NCBI GenBank assembly: GCA_007116035.1
Contig: SKJG01000076.1
Span: 72,855-136,854 of the forward strand
Direction of reading: 5' to 3'
DNA: 64,000 bases
DNA from: Thioalkalivibrio sp.
Lineage (GTDB): Bacteria; Pseudomonadota; Gammaproteobacteria; Ectothiorhodospirales; Ectothiorhodospiraceae
The notes under the pieces are model-generated. The model was not told the origin of the DNA. It saw only the letters and a list, made by a program, of their open reading frames with translations, and ran no database searches. Position numbers and translations under genes: made by a program. The first letter of the stretch is position 1. Each line of letters begins with the position of its first letter. Positions 36,459 through 45,862 of the stretch are shown one piece after another.

Positions 36459-38180
36459 ATGCTGCGGCACATCACCGTTCGGGACTTCGCGATCATTGAC
36501 AATCTTGAGGTCGAACTGGGCGCCGGCATGACCGCGCTGACCGGGGAGACCGGGGCCGGCAAGTCGATCCTGATCGACGTGATCGGGCTGCTGCTGGGCG
36601 ATCGCGCCGACGCCGCCAGCGTGCGCACGGGAGCGGTCCAGGCCGATCTCAGCGCCGGTTTCGAACTGCCTCCGGAGCATCCCGCAGCCGCATGGCTGAG
36701 GGAACAGGCCCTGGCGGAGAACCCCGGCGAAGATGAAGGCGCCAGCGCCATCCTGCTGCGTCGCGTGATCACGGCGCAAGGCAAGAGCCGGGCATGGATC
36801 AACGGCAGCCCGGTGACGATGGCACAGTTGAAGGACCTCGGACAGTGGCTGGTGGACATCCACGGCCAGCATGCGCACCAGCAGTTCCTGCAACGCCACG
36901 CCCAGCGCGCACTGTTGGACGGTTTCGTCGACGCCGGCCTGCTTGGCCGGGTGGCGGAGGCCCACGGCACTTTGCGCGCCGCCGGCGAACGCCTGGAGTC
37001 GGCACGCGCCCGGCTCGCCAGCGCCAGCGACCGGCTCGACCTGCTCCGGTTCCAGACCGCGGAAATCGCCGAGCTGGCGCCGATGGCAGGCGAATATGCC
37101 GAAATCGCCAACGAACAGACCCTGCTGGCCCATGCCTCGGAGGTGTTGATGGCGCTGCAGGCCGCGCACGAGACCATCGACGCCGAGACCGGACTCGACC
37201 ACGGCATCGGACAGGTCCTTTCGGGACTGCAGGAGGCGGCGCGGCACGACCAACGGATCAGCCCGGTGCTCGAACTCCTGGAGTCCGCGCGCATCCAGAT
37301 GCAGGAGGCCAGCGACCAGTTGCGCCGCATGGCCGACCACGTGGAGATCAACCCGCAGCGCCTCGATGAAGTCGACGCCCGGATCAGTCTTTATCTCCGG
37401 CTCGCCCGCAAGCACCGGGTGGAGCCCGACGAACTGGCTGATCTGCTGCGCACGATGGAGGAGGAACTGGAGGCACTCGACGCCGGCGACGCTGCGCTGG
37501 ATGCCCTGGACCGGGAACTCGCGGCCGCACGCACCGCCTACGACGAAGCCGCCGCCGCGCTGTCGCGCGCGCGCGGCAAAGCGGCCAAGCGCCTGGACAC
37601 CGCGGTCAGCGAGGCGATGCAGGAACTCGGCATGCCCGGCGGCCGGTTCCACATCGATCTCGAGACCCGGCCCGACGAAACGGGTCCACACGGGCGGGAC
37701 CGGATCGAGTTCATGGTCGCCGCCAACCCCGGGACCGCGGCCCAGCCCCTGGCCCGGGTCGCCTCCGGCGGCGAACTCTCCCGCATCGGGCTCGCGCTAC
37801 AGGTGCTGGCGAGCGCCGAACAGGCGGTCGATACCCTGATCTTCGACGAGGTGGACAGCGGGATCAGCGGCGCCGTGGCTGAGGTCGTCGGCTGGAAACT
37901 GCGCGCCCTCGGCGAACGCTACCAGGTCCTCTGCGTGACTCATCTGCCGCAGGTCGCGGCCCAGGCGCATCAACAGATGCAGGTCACCAAGCACCGCGTC
38001 CGGAATCAAACACGCACCGAGATCTCGGCACTGGACGCCGGCGCCCGCGTCGAGGCGATCGCGCGCCTGCTCGGGGGTGTAGCCATGACCGAACGCAGCC
38101 TGGCACACGCCCGGGAAATGCTGGAATCCGCCTCCGGCCGCAACCCCCATCCCGGCCCTGCCACCGCAGACCACTCATGA
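36459..38180 (+). CDS. recN: DNA repair protein RecN
   Basis: 573 aa, beginning MLRHITVRDFAIIDNLEVELGAGMTALTGETGAGKSI, with a long coiled-coil and a C-terminal SGGELSRIGLAL and FDEVDSGI. Confidence 0.96.
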   Translation: MLRHITVRDFAIIDNLEVELGAGMTALTGETGAGKSILIDVIGLLLGDRADAASVRTGAVQADLSAGFELPPEHPAAAWLREQALAENPGEDEGASAILLRRVITAQGKSRAWINGSPVTMAQLKDLGQWLVDIHGQHAHQQFLQRHAQRALLDGFVDAGLLGRVAEAHGTLRAAGERLESARARLASASDRLDLLRFQTAEIAELAPMAGEYAEIANEQTLLAHASEVLMALQAAHETIDAETGLDHGIGQVLSGLQEAARHDQRISPVLELLESARIQMQEASDQLRRMADHVEINPQRLDEVDARISLYLRLARKHRVEPDELADLLRTMEEELEALDAGDAALDALDRELAAARTAYDEAAAALSRARGKAAKRLDTAVSEAMQELGMPGGRFHIDLETRPDETGPHGRDRIEFMVAANPGTAAQPLARVASGGELSRIGLALQVLASAEQAVDTLIFDEVDSGISGAVAEVVGWKLRALGERYQVLCVTHLPQVAAQAHQQMQVTKHRVRNQTRTEISALDAGARVEAIARLLGGVAMTERSLAHAREMLESASGRNPHPGPATADHS

Positions 38181-38208
38181 TCCTTCGGCTTACGGAAGGG
38201 GTCGCGCG

Positions 38209-38634
38209 TCAGTCGCCGCGGTGCGGGCAGTCCTCGTCGAGGCAGTCCCCGTAGAGGACCAGGGCGTGGTCCTTGATCTGGTAACCGTGTTCCTTCGCGA
38301 TCTGGCGCTGGCGCTGTTCGATGGTCTCGTCGAGGAACTCCTCGACACGCCCGCACTGGTTGCAGATGATGTGGTCGTGATGACCGCCCCGCTCCAGTTC
38401 GAAAACGGCCTGGTTGCCCTCGAAGTGCAGACGCGAGACCAAGCCCGCGGCCTCGAACTGGGTGAGCACCCGGTAGACGGTGGCCAGGCCGATTTCCTCC
38501 CCGGAATCCAGTAGTTCGCGGTAGATCGCCTCGGCGGTCAGGTGGCGGGTCTCGGACTCCTCGAGGATCTGGAGGATCTTCATGCGCGGCAACGTGACCT
38601 TGAGTCCCGCCTTCTTCAGGTTTTGCGTTTCCAC
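38209..38634 (-). CDS. fur: Ferric uptake regulator Fur
   Basis: GTG start (V)ETQNLKKAGLKVTLPRMKILQILE. Contains the HHDH and CxxC..CxxxxC metal sites. The longer 317-aa ORF upstream is non-homologous. Confidence 0.92.
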   Translation of the reverse strand: METQNLKKAGLKVTLPRMKILQILEESETRHLTAEAIYRELLDSGEEIGLATVYRVLTQFEAAGLVSRLHFEGNQAVFELERGGHHDHIICNQCGRVEEFLDETIEQRQRQIAKEHGYQIKDHALVLYGDCLDEDCPHRGD

Positions 38635-38736
38635 TGGAAGTGCCCTCGTCGCCCTGGACCCTGCTGCTGACCACGGGCCGATTGTTGTAAGATCGGGCGT
38701 CATGCCCTGAACCGAATCACGGGACACGCCCGCCTG

Positions 38737-39072
38737 ATGCTTAAGATTCTCATTTCTATTGCCACCGTCGCAAGCCTGCTCAGCGCCTGTGGCGGCATTC
38801 CCACCTATCGCCTCGACGTGCAGCAGGGCAACGCCATCGAGGACAGCCGCGTCGCACAGATCCGCGAGGGCATGGCACCGGAGCAGGTGGAGTTCCTCCT
38901 GGGGTCCCCCCAGGTCCGCGGCACTTTCATCCGCGAGGACCGCTGGGATTACGTTTACTACTTCCAACCCGGCCGAGGTCCGACCGAGAAACGAAGGGTC
39001 AGTGTCTTCTTCGAAGGCGGCCGCGTGGCAAGGATTGAGGACACGAACCCCCCTGCGAAGACCGGCGACTGA
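38737..39072 (+). CDS. bamE: Outer membrane protein assembly factor BamE (SmpA/OmlA)
   Basis: Lipoprotein signal LLSAC, then YRLDVQQGN and GMAPEQVEFLLGSP motifs. Divergent from fur as in many gammaproteobacteria. Confidence 0.9.
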   Translation: MLKILISIATVASLLSACGGIPTYRLDVQQGNAIEDSRVAQIREGMAPEQVEFLLGSPQVRGTFIREDRWDYVYYFQPGRGPTEKRRVSVFFEGGRVARIEDTNPPAKTGD

Positions 39073-39133
39073 ACTTCCTGGACGGCTGCAATGCCTGCGT
39101 TCATCGCAGCCTGCGGGGTTCCCCAGTGGGCCA

Positions 39134-39484
39134 CTAGACGCCGCTTTCACCGGCGGATGCACCGCCCTTTTTCGTCGGCTTGCCCTCAGCGGCGCGCTGT
39201 CTCCTGACTTCCTTGGGATCGGCGATCAGGGGACGATAGATCTCCACCCGGTCACGGGGCTTCAATACCGTGTCCATCCGCGTCAGCTTGCCGAAGATAC
39301 CGACCTTCGCCGTCTCCAGGTCGATCTCCGGGAAGCGTTCAGTGATCTTCGACTGGCTCAGCGCATCCGTCACCGTGGCGCCCGCGGGCAGCTGCACGGG
39401 CAACACGACCTGCACGTCAGGACGCGCGTAGGCGACCTCCACGGCGATGGGTTCGCCACCCTGCCCGTCCCCCGGCTCAGCCAT
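39134..39484 (-). CDS. rnfH: RnfH family ubiquitin-like protein (UPF0125)
   Basis: The sequence IAVEVAYARPDVQVVLPVQLPAGATVTDAL...VGIFGKLTRMDTVLKPRDRVEIYRPL is typical of RnfH/YfjF. Overlaps the ratA 3' end. Confidence 0.85.
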   Translation of the reverse strand: MAEPGDGQGGEPIAVEVAYARPDVQVVLPVQLPAGATVTDALSQSKITERFPEIDLETAKVGIFGKLTRMDTVLKPRDRVEIYRPLIADPKEVRRQRAAEGKPTKKGGASAGESGV

Positions 39485-39923
39485 GCATCTCTCCGTGGAT
39501 GACTTTCGCCCGGCGCACAAAGGCGTCGACCAGCGAGTTGGCCACGTGGTTGAAGACCGGGCCGATCGCCAGCGACATCAGCCGGCTGGAAAACTCGAAC
39601 TCGAGATCCAGCGCGATCCGCGTGCCGCGACCCTTTTGCTCTGTGAAACTCCAGGACCCGTGAAGACTGCGGAACGGGCCGTCCACCAGGCGTATATCGA
39701 TGAGGCGCGGCGCCTCCAGCCGGTTCCAGGTGGTGAACGACTTATGCAGCGCTCCCTTGGCCAGTTCGATCGTGGCCTTGACCCTGCCGTTCCGTGACTC
39801 GAGTATCCGGGCACTGCGGCAGTGAGGCAGAAACTCCGGATAGGACTCGATATCGTTCACCAGGTTGAACATCTGTTCGGCCGAATAGGGTACCCACTCC
39901 GATCGCTGGACACGTGTGGTCAT
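39477..39923 (-). CDS. ratA: SRPBCC-fold RatA/YfjG (Coq10-like) protein
   Basis: 148 aa, beginning MTTRVQRSEWVPYSAEQMFNLVNDIESYPEFLPHC. The ratA-rnfH pair lies near smpB as in E. coli. Confidence 0.85.
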   Translation of the reverse strand: MTTRVQRSEWVPYSAEQMFNLVNDIESYPEFLPHCRSARILESRNGRVKATIELAKGALHKSFTTWNRLEAPRLIDIRLVDGPFRSLHGSWSFTEQKGRGTRIALDLEFEFSSRLMSLAIGPVFNHVANSLVDAFVRRAKVIHGEMHG

Positions 39924-41281
39924 CAGACCACGCCGACCGCGCGCAGAAAGACCACCAGGATCGCGATCGGCGCCACGTAGCGGACGAGGAAGTACCACAG
40001 GCTGTAGACGAAGCCGAGTTTCAGGCGCAATTCCGACTGCACCGAGCGCTCGGTCATGCGCCAGCCAACGAACAGCGCGATCAGGAAACCGCCCAAAGGC
40101 AGCAGGATGTTTGCTGTCAGGTAGTCGAGCAGGTCGAGGATGCCCATTTCGAACAGCGTGTAGCCGGACCAGACGTTCAGCGACAGCAGGGCGCCGATCC
40201 CGAGCAGCCATGCGAACATGGCGACCAGCGTGGTCGCGAACACCCGGGTCAATGACAAGTTTTCCACCAGGAAGGCGACCGCCGGCTCGATCAGGGAGAT
40301 CGCCGAAGTCCAGGCCGCGAAGACCAGCAGCACGAAAAAGACGGTCCCGAAGTAGAGCCCCATCGGCATCTCGGCAAAGGCCAGTGGCAGGGTCACGAAG
40401 ATCAGGCCGGGCCCCTGCCCCGGGGAGAGCCCCGCGGCGAAGAGAATGGGGAAAATCGCGAGCCCGGCGAGCAGGGCGACCAGGGTGTCCGCGGCAACCA
40501 CGGCCCCGGAGGTCTTCGCCACCGAGGCCTCGCTGCTCAGGTAGCTGCCATAGACCATGATCGCGCCCATCCCGAGGCTCAGCGTGAAGAAGGCCTGCCC
40601 CATGGCCAGCAGCACTGCATTCGCCGAGAGCGCCGAGAAGTCAGGCTGGAACAGGAACTGCACGCCGGCCATGAACTCGCCCTGCGCCATGGAATAGCCG
40701 ACCAGGACGACCAGCAGCAGCACCAGCAGGGGCATCAGGATCGTCACCGCGCGCTCCAGCCCCGATCGCACCCCGCGGGCGACGACCATCGCCGTCATCA
40801 CCATGAAGATGGTGTGCCACGCCAGCAGAGCCTCGGGGCTCGCCAGCATGGCCCCGAACAGTTCCGAGGAGCCTTCGGCATCGAGCCCGACGAATCCGCC
40901 GCTCCCGGACTTGAAGACGTAGGCCAGCGCCCAGCCGGCGATGACGCTGTAGAAGGACAGGATCAGGAAGCCTGCGAGCACCCCGATCCAGCCCATCAGA
41001 CCCCAGCCGCGGCTCAGCCCCTCTTCGCGCGCCACCGTCAGCATGGTGTTGATCGGGCTCTGGCGCCCGCGGCGCCCCAGCAGGATCTCCGCCATCATGA
41101 TCGGCAACCCGATGAGCAGGATGCAGGCGAGATAGACCAGCACGAAGGCACCGCCGCCGTTGTCACCGACGATGTAGGGAAAACGCCAGATGTTCCCCAG
41201 CCCGACCGCCGAGCCCGTCGCCGCAAGGATAAAGGCCAATCGGGTGGACCACTGACCGTGGATGGAGACCGTCGCTGGCAT
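39923..41281 (-). CDS. Sodium-dependent transporter, NSS/SNF family
   Basis: 452 aa with the hallmark GSAVGLGNIWRFPY and about 12 TM segments. Its stop shares a base with the ratA ATG. Confidence 0.9.
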   Translation of the reverse strand: MPATVSIHGQWSTRLAFILAATGSAVGLGNIWRFPYIVGDNGGGAFVLVYLACILLIGLPIMMAEILLGRRGRQSPINTMLTVAREEGLSRGWGLMGWIGVLAGFLILSFYSVIAGWALAYVFKSGSGGFVGLDAEGSSELFGAMLASPEALLAWHTIFMVMTAMVVARGVRSGLERAVTILMPLLVLLLVVLVGYSMAQGEFMAGVQFLFQPDFSALSANAVLLAMGQAFFTLSLGMGAIMVYGSYLSSEASVAKTSGAVVAADTLVALLAGLAIFPILFAAGLSPGQGPGLIFVTLPLAFAEMPMGLYFGTVFFVLLVFAAWTSAISLIEPAVAFLVENLSLTRVFATTLVAMFAWLLGIGALLSLNVWSGYTLFEMGILDLLDYLTANILLPLGGFLIALFVGWRMTERSVQSELRLKLGFVYSLWYFLVRYVAPIAILVVFLRAVGVV

Positions 41282-41413
41282 CAAAGCTTCCCCCTGTTTT
41301 TTCCGGATTGTGCGGCAACCCCGGCAGGGGCTCAACTGACCGCCTGAGGCAGACTGGAATAGGCGGCAGCAAAGTCAGCCGTACGCGCAGATGCCTTGGT
41401 ATACTGAAGCGTT

Positions 41414-41893
41414 ATGGCGAAAAAGAACCCCAAGAACCAGGCCGCATCCAACACCATCGCGGTCAACCGCAAGGCGAGGCATGACTTCTTCATCGAGGAC
41501 CGGCTGGAGGCCGGACTGGTCCTGGAGGGTTGGGAGGTCAAGTCGTTGCGCGACGGGCGCGCGCAGTTGAGCGAGTCCTACGTGCTCCTGCGCAACGGCG
41601 AGGCGTGGCTGTTCGGCGCCCACGTGACGCCGCTCCCCACGGCCTCGACCCACATCCATCCAGACCCGAGCCGCACGCGCAAGCTGTTGCTGCAGCGCTC
41701 CGAAATCAACCGGCTGATCGGCGCCGTGGAGCGCAAGGGATACACCCTGGTGCCGCTGTCGCTGTACTGGAAGCGCGGCAAGGCCAAGCTCGAGGTCGGC
41801 CTGGCCAAGGGCAAGAAGGAATACGACAAGCGGGCAGTCGACAAGGAACGCGACTGGCAGCGCGAGCGCGGGCGGATTCTGAAGAACGCCTGA
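41414..41893 (+). CDS. smpB: SsrA-binding protein SmpB
   Basis: 159 aa containing [30 protein letters not shown]. Confidence 0.96.
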   Translation: MAKKNPKNQAASNTIAVNRKARHDFFIEDRLEAGLVLEGWEVKSLRDGRAQLSESYVLLRNGEAWLFGAHVTPLPTASTHIHPDPSRTRKLLLQRSEINRLIGAVERKGYTLVPLSLYWKRGKAKLEVGLAKGKKEYDKRAVDKERDWQRERGRILKNA

Positions 41894-41953
41894 GCGCGCG
41901 CCTGGCAGGCAGGGCTGCCACGACGATTTCGCGGAAAACGCCCGAATCGTTGC

Positions 41954-42057
41954 GGTCGAGCCGGCGGCCTGCTGGCGGGTGTCGGCAGCAGGGATGCTGC
42001 CGTCAAGCCGACAGGGATGTCTTCACGGCGTCCCGCCAGCAGGCCGCCGGCTCGACC
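41954..42057. terminator. 26-bp perfect inverted repeat with nested hairpins between convergent smpB and dnaQ
   Basis: GGTCGAGCCGGCGGCCTGCTGGCGGG (41954-41979) is the exact reverse complement of 42032-42057. The 52-nt spacer contains TGTCGGC...GCCGACA and GGCAGCA-GGGA-TGCTGCC sub-hairpins. There is no U-tract. Confidence 0.5.
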
Positions 42058-42086
42058 GGCACCCCAGGACATCGCGGGGATCCCGC

Positions 42087-42797
42087 TCAGCCGGACAAGC
42101 GCCGCCATTGGCAGGCGCCGCCCGACGACTGGTCCAGCAGGGCGAGCAGATCGTCGTGTTCCGCGCGTTCTTCCGCGCTGGGTTCGATGACGCGTAGAGG
42201 CGCGCTCGAAGCGCGCGCCCGCACCGGCGCCGAGGGACTCGCCGGATCCGGTCCTTCCCGTTCCAGGCCCAACGTCACCTGGCCGCCGGTCATGGCCAGG
42301 TAAACGTCGGCGAGCAGGCCGGCGTCGAGCACCGCGCCGTGCTGCACGCGTCCCGAGGCATCGATCTGGTAGCGCTTGCACAGGGCGTCGAGGGAATTGC
42401 GGCTACCCGGGTGCATCCGCCGGGCGAGCACCAGGGTGTCCAGAATTCCGCAGACGTCCTCGATGCGGCGCACCCGGGCCTTGGCCAGTTTCAACTCGTG
42501 GTTGATGAAACCGACGTCGAAGGGCGCGTTGTGAATGACCAGTTCCGCGCCATCGACGAAATCCAGGAAGCGGTCGACCACGTCTGCAAACCGCGGCTTG
42601 TCCAGCAGGAACTCGTTGCTGATCCCGTGCACCTCGATCGCTCGGGGGTCGATCTCGCGGTCTGGTTGCAGGTACTCGTGCAACCGCTCCCCGGTCAACC
42701 GTCGGTTCACGATCTCCAGGCAGCCGAGTTCGATGATGCGGTGCCCTTCGGACGTCTCCAGCCCGGTGGTTTCCGTGTCGAGCACGATCTGTCGCAT
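42087..42797 (-). CDS. dnaQ: DNA polymerase III epsilon subunit (3'-5' proofreading exonuclease)
   Basis: Begins MRQIVLDTETTGL (ExoI). Also has the HNAPFDVGF and HGAVLDAGLLADVY exo motifs. Confidence 0.95.
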   Translation of the reverse strand: MRQIVLDTETTGLETSEGHRIIELGCLEIVNRRLTGERLHEYLQPDREIDPRAIEVHGISNEFLLDKPRFADVVDRFLDFVDGAELVIHNAPFDVGFINHELKLAKARVRRIEDVCGILDTLVLARRMHPGSRNSLDALCKRYQIDASGRVQHGAVLDAGLLADVYLAMTGGQVTLGLEREGPDPASPSAPVRARASSAPLRVIEPSAEERAEHDDLLALLDQSSGGACQWRRLSG

Positions 42798-42808
42798 AGG
42801 CCGCCTCT

Positions 42809-43282
42809 CTATCCGCCTGGGACCGGTTTGTCGCCCGCCAGCATCTCATCGATGGCCCGGTTCGCCAAGCGGTCGGCACGCTCGTTCTCCGGGTGGCCGG
42901 TGTGGCCGCGCACCCAGAACCACTCGACCTGGTGGCGCTGGGCCTGGGCATCGAGTTGTTCCCAGAGATCCTGATTTTTGACCGGCTGGCCGCTGGAGGC
43001 GCGCCAGCCCCGTCGCTTCCAACCCGGCAGCCAGGACGTGATGCCCTGCTTGACGTATTGCGAGTCGGTGAGCAATTCCACCCGGCAGGGGCGCTTCAGC
43101 GCATCCAGCGCGCGGATCGCTGCCATCAGCTCCATCCGGTTGTTGGTCGTCTCGGGCTCTGCGCCGTAGAGATCGCGTTCCTTGCCACCGAACCGCAGCA
43201 CTGCACCCCAGCCACCCGGACCCGGATTGCCCCGGCACGCCCCGTCGGTGAAGATGTACACCACATCGTCGCCTATGCCCAT
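42809..43282 (-). CDS. rnhA: Ribonuclease HI
   Basis: Internal start [26 protein letters not shown], followed by TNNRMEL and the [12 protein letters not shown] motifs. Confidence 0.94.
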   Translation of the reverse strand: MGIGDDVVYIFTDGACRGNPGPGGWGAVLRFGGKERDLYGAEPETTNNRMELMAAIRALDALKRPCRVELLTDSQYVKQGITSWLPGWKRRGWRASSGQPVKNQDLWEQLDAQAQRHQVEWFWVRGHTGHPENERADRLANRAIDEMLAGDKPVPGG

Positions 43283-43998
43283 TGCGAGGCCCCGCCCGGT
43301 CGAACGGACAGGCGCGACCAGCGCAGACGCGCATGTCGCGGCGATAGCGGGGCCACGTCCCGGCGTCTTGCCACCGTCAGGACGCAGCTGCCCAGGAACG
43401 GCAGCCATGGCGCTGCCAGCGCATCGATGCGGCCCAGGCGGCGATGGAGCGACTGGGGAAGCTGCCCGGGCAGCAGGCTCAGGGTTCGTTGGTGGCGGAC
43501 GCCCAGGCCGGCCTGTTCCAGCCACCGGCGATAAACGCGGCGCTGCAACCCGACAGGCACGACGGTCCCGAGGCTGTTCGCCCCGGCCGGCGGACACGCA
43601 TTGATTTCCAGCAGGAACAGGTGCCCCTCGGGCGCGAGCACGCGCGCGGCCTCTGCGATCACGGCGCCGGCGCCTACGGAAGCCAATCCGGCGTGGGCCA
43701 CCAGCACGCAGGAAAAGGTATCGGAAGCCAACGGCAGTCGTTCCGGCTCGGCATCAAGCCCGGCACTCCCGGAGCCCACCTGTAGCGTCCATGCCGGCCC
43801 GGTCCATTCGGGACGCACCAATGCGATGGGGGCCAGTTCCAGAAAGGAATCCCCGAAACGCAGCGGACACAGCGAGCCAATTTCACGGCGGAGCAACTCG
43901 AGCACCCGGTGGCCCTGCGTGCCGGCGTACCAGTCGCGCAGGCAATCGGCCCGAAATGCTTGGTGAAATGCCTTCTCTGCATTATGCTTCAGGTCCAT
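43273..43998 (-). CDS. Class I SAM-dependent methyltransferase, YafS-like
   Basis: 241 aa from ATG 43998. Its position upstream of rnhA matches yafS synteny. Contains [13 protein letters not shown], typical of a methyltransferase post-motif II region. The family call is weaker than the CDS call. Confidence 0.65.
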   Translation of the reverse strand: MDLKHNAEKAFHQAFRADCLRDWYAGTQGHRVLELLRREIGSLCPLRFGDSFLELAPIALVRPEWTGPAWTLQVGSGSAGLDAEPERLPLASDTFSCVLVAHAGLASVGAGAVIAEAARVLAPEGHLFLLEINACPPAGANSLGTVVPVGLQRRVYRRWLEQAGLGVRHQRTLSLLPGQLPQSLHRRLGRIDALAAPWLPFLGSCVLTVARRRDVAPLSPRHARLRWSRLSVRPGGASQWA

Positions 43999-45565
43999 GA
44001 TTATCCGGCTTCTTCCTCTATCCATCGTCCTGCTGGCCACCGCCCTTCTTGGCACCGGCTGCAGCCTGCATGATCCGGCGAAGACCGCGGCGGCCGACGA
44101 CCCCCACGGGATCCAGGTAGTCGCGGGGCGGAGCACCGCCCAACGACCTCCCCCGGCGCTTTCGCGCGACGCGAGCCGCGCCCTCCGGCAGCCGGTCATG
44201 AAACCCGAGGATGCCCCCGACATCTGGACTCGTGCCCGGTTGGGATTCGCGATGACCGAGTCTCTGTCCCATCCCCGCGTTGCGGTCTACATCGAGCATT
44301 ACCGCCGAAACCCGAACATCATCACAATATCCTCCGCCAGGGCCAAGCCCTTCGCCTATTTCATCCTGACAGAGATCGAGCGCCGCGGCCTGCCGGGCGA
44401 ACTCCTGCTGCTCCCGATCGTGGAGAGCGGCTACGCGGCCGAAGCCACGTCCACAGGGATGGCGGCGGGAATCTGGCAATTCATTCCCAGCACCGGCGAG
44501 CACTTCGGGCTGATCCAGGACGACTGGTACGACGGCCGGCGCGACGTCTACCAATCCACCCATGCCGCCCTGGATTACCTGCAAAGTCTGCATGCCCGCT
44601 TCGGCGACTGGTATCTGGCACTGGCCGCCTACAACTTCGGACAGGGTAATGTGGCCCGGGCCATGGCTGCAAACGCCGCGGCCGGCCGTCCCACCGACTA
44701 CTGGAACCTCGAACTCTCGAGCGAGGCCATGTCCTACGTGCCGCGCCTCCTGGCACTCCGCGCGCTGATCGAACAACCTGCGCGCTACGGCATCACGGTG
44801 CCGAACCTTGCCAACAGGCCCTATCTCCAGCCCGTTCAGCTGGGTCGGCAGGCCGACCTCGAATACGTGGCGGAACTGGCCCGCATCGAGGCGCGGGAAG
44901 TCCTCCAGCTCAACCCGGGTTACCGCAGGGCCATCACGCATCCGCACGCGGCGCAGCACCTTCTGCTGCCTGCGCCGGCGGCACAGCGCCTGCAGGTGGC
45001 CCTGCAGCAGCGCGGCCCCGAATATCCGCTGGTGCGGTACTCCGAATACCAGGTACGCGCGGGCGACAACCTGGGCCAGATTGCCCGGCAGCATGGCGTA
45101 ACCGTGGCCGAACTGCGCGGCGTCAACGGCCTGAACGGGGACATGATCCGGATCGGGCAGCGACTGCGTGTTCCGGTTTCCGGTGCAGCCGTGACGGCCC
45201 CTCCCACACCAAGCCGGGCCGCTCTGGCAGACCAGCGGTATACCGTGCAGGCCGGTGACAGCCTCTGGACGATCAGCCGGCAGTACGGCGTGAGTGTCGC
45301 CAGCATCCGGGAACGGAATGACCTGGCGGTCGATGCCATGCTGCAGCCGGGACAGGTGCTCGAGATTCCGCGGGATCAAGAAGAGGTGACCCTGCGGCGC
45401 GTCGAATACCAGATCCGGCCCGGCGACTCCCTGGGTACGATTTCGCGCCGCTTTCAGGTCGATATCAGTGATGTGCAGCGCTGGAATGCCCTGCATGGAG
45501 ACGGCATCCGCGCCGGCGAGATGCTCACCCTCTACGTTGCCGCCCACCTCGCCGTCGACGGCTGA
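43997..45565 (+). CDS. mltD: Membrane-bound lytic murein transglycosylase D-like lipoprotein with three LysM domains
   Basis: Lipobox LLGTGC, an SLT catalytic region (PIVESGY..AAGIWQFIPSTG) and three YxVxxGDxLxxI LysM repeats. Confidence 0.9.
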   Translation: MIIRLLPLSIVLLATALLGTGCSLHDPAKTAAADDPHGIQVVAGRSTAQRPPPALSRDASRALRQPVMKPEDAPDIWTRARLGFAMTESLSHPRVAVYIEHYRRNPNIITISSARAKPFAYFILTEIERRGLPGELLLLPIVESGYAAEATSTGMAAGIWQFIPSTGEHFGLIQDDWYDGRRDVYQSTHAALDYLQSLHARFGDWYLALAAYNFGQGNVARAMAANAAAGRPTDYWNLELSSEAMSYVPRLLALRALIEQPARYGITVPNLANRPYLQPVQLGRQADLEYVAELARIEAREVLQLNPGYRRAITHPHAAQHLLLPAPAAQRLQVALQQRGPEYPLVRYSEYQVRAGDNLGQIARQHGVTVAELRGVNGLNGDMIRIGQRLRVPVSGAAVTAPPTPSRAALADQRYTVQAGDSLWTISRQYGVSVASIRERNDLAVDAMLQPGQVLEIPRDQEEVTLRRVEYQIRPGDSLGTISRRFQVDISDVQRWNALHGDGIRAGEMLTLYVAAHLAVDG

Positions 45566-45862
45566 CTCGCGCAGCGCTGCCGGCGAAGCTCGGTGGCCTG
45601 GCGGGCGCGTTCGAAGGCCGCGGGAAACGCCTCGAAGGGCCGCTCACCGCGCCCGAGCGCGAAGTCGAAGCCAGAATGACGCACAAAACCCGCGGGCCTT
45701 GCCGGAGCGGTGGTCGCACACCGGTCACATGGGTATGATCGCAGTCGGTTGCACGCGTTCCGGTCCCGTCGCGCATCTTTTGGCGACACCCGCTCAGGCC
45801 GCAGGCAGGCAATGGCTGCGGCCACCGCGGAGCAACACCCATATCGACACGAGGAGGACTGC

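Noticed and set aside
41894-42086. Looked for ssrA (tmRNA) downstream of smpB
   Set aside because: There is no GGGGCTGAT-type 5' end, no tag-peptide reading frame ending in ..ALAA, and no tRNA-like TPsiC arm with CCA. The region is instead a long inverted repeat.
44018-45547. 509-aa ORF antisense to mltD
   Set aside because: The plus strand has a lipobox, the SLT catalytic motif and three LysM repeats. The antisense frame is a shadow ORF.
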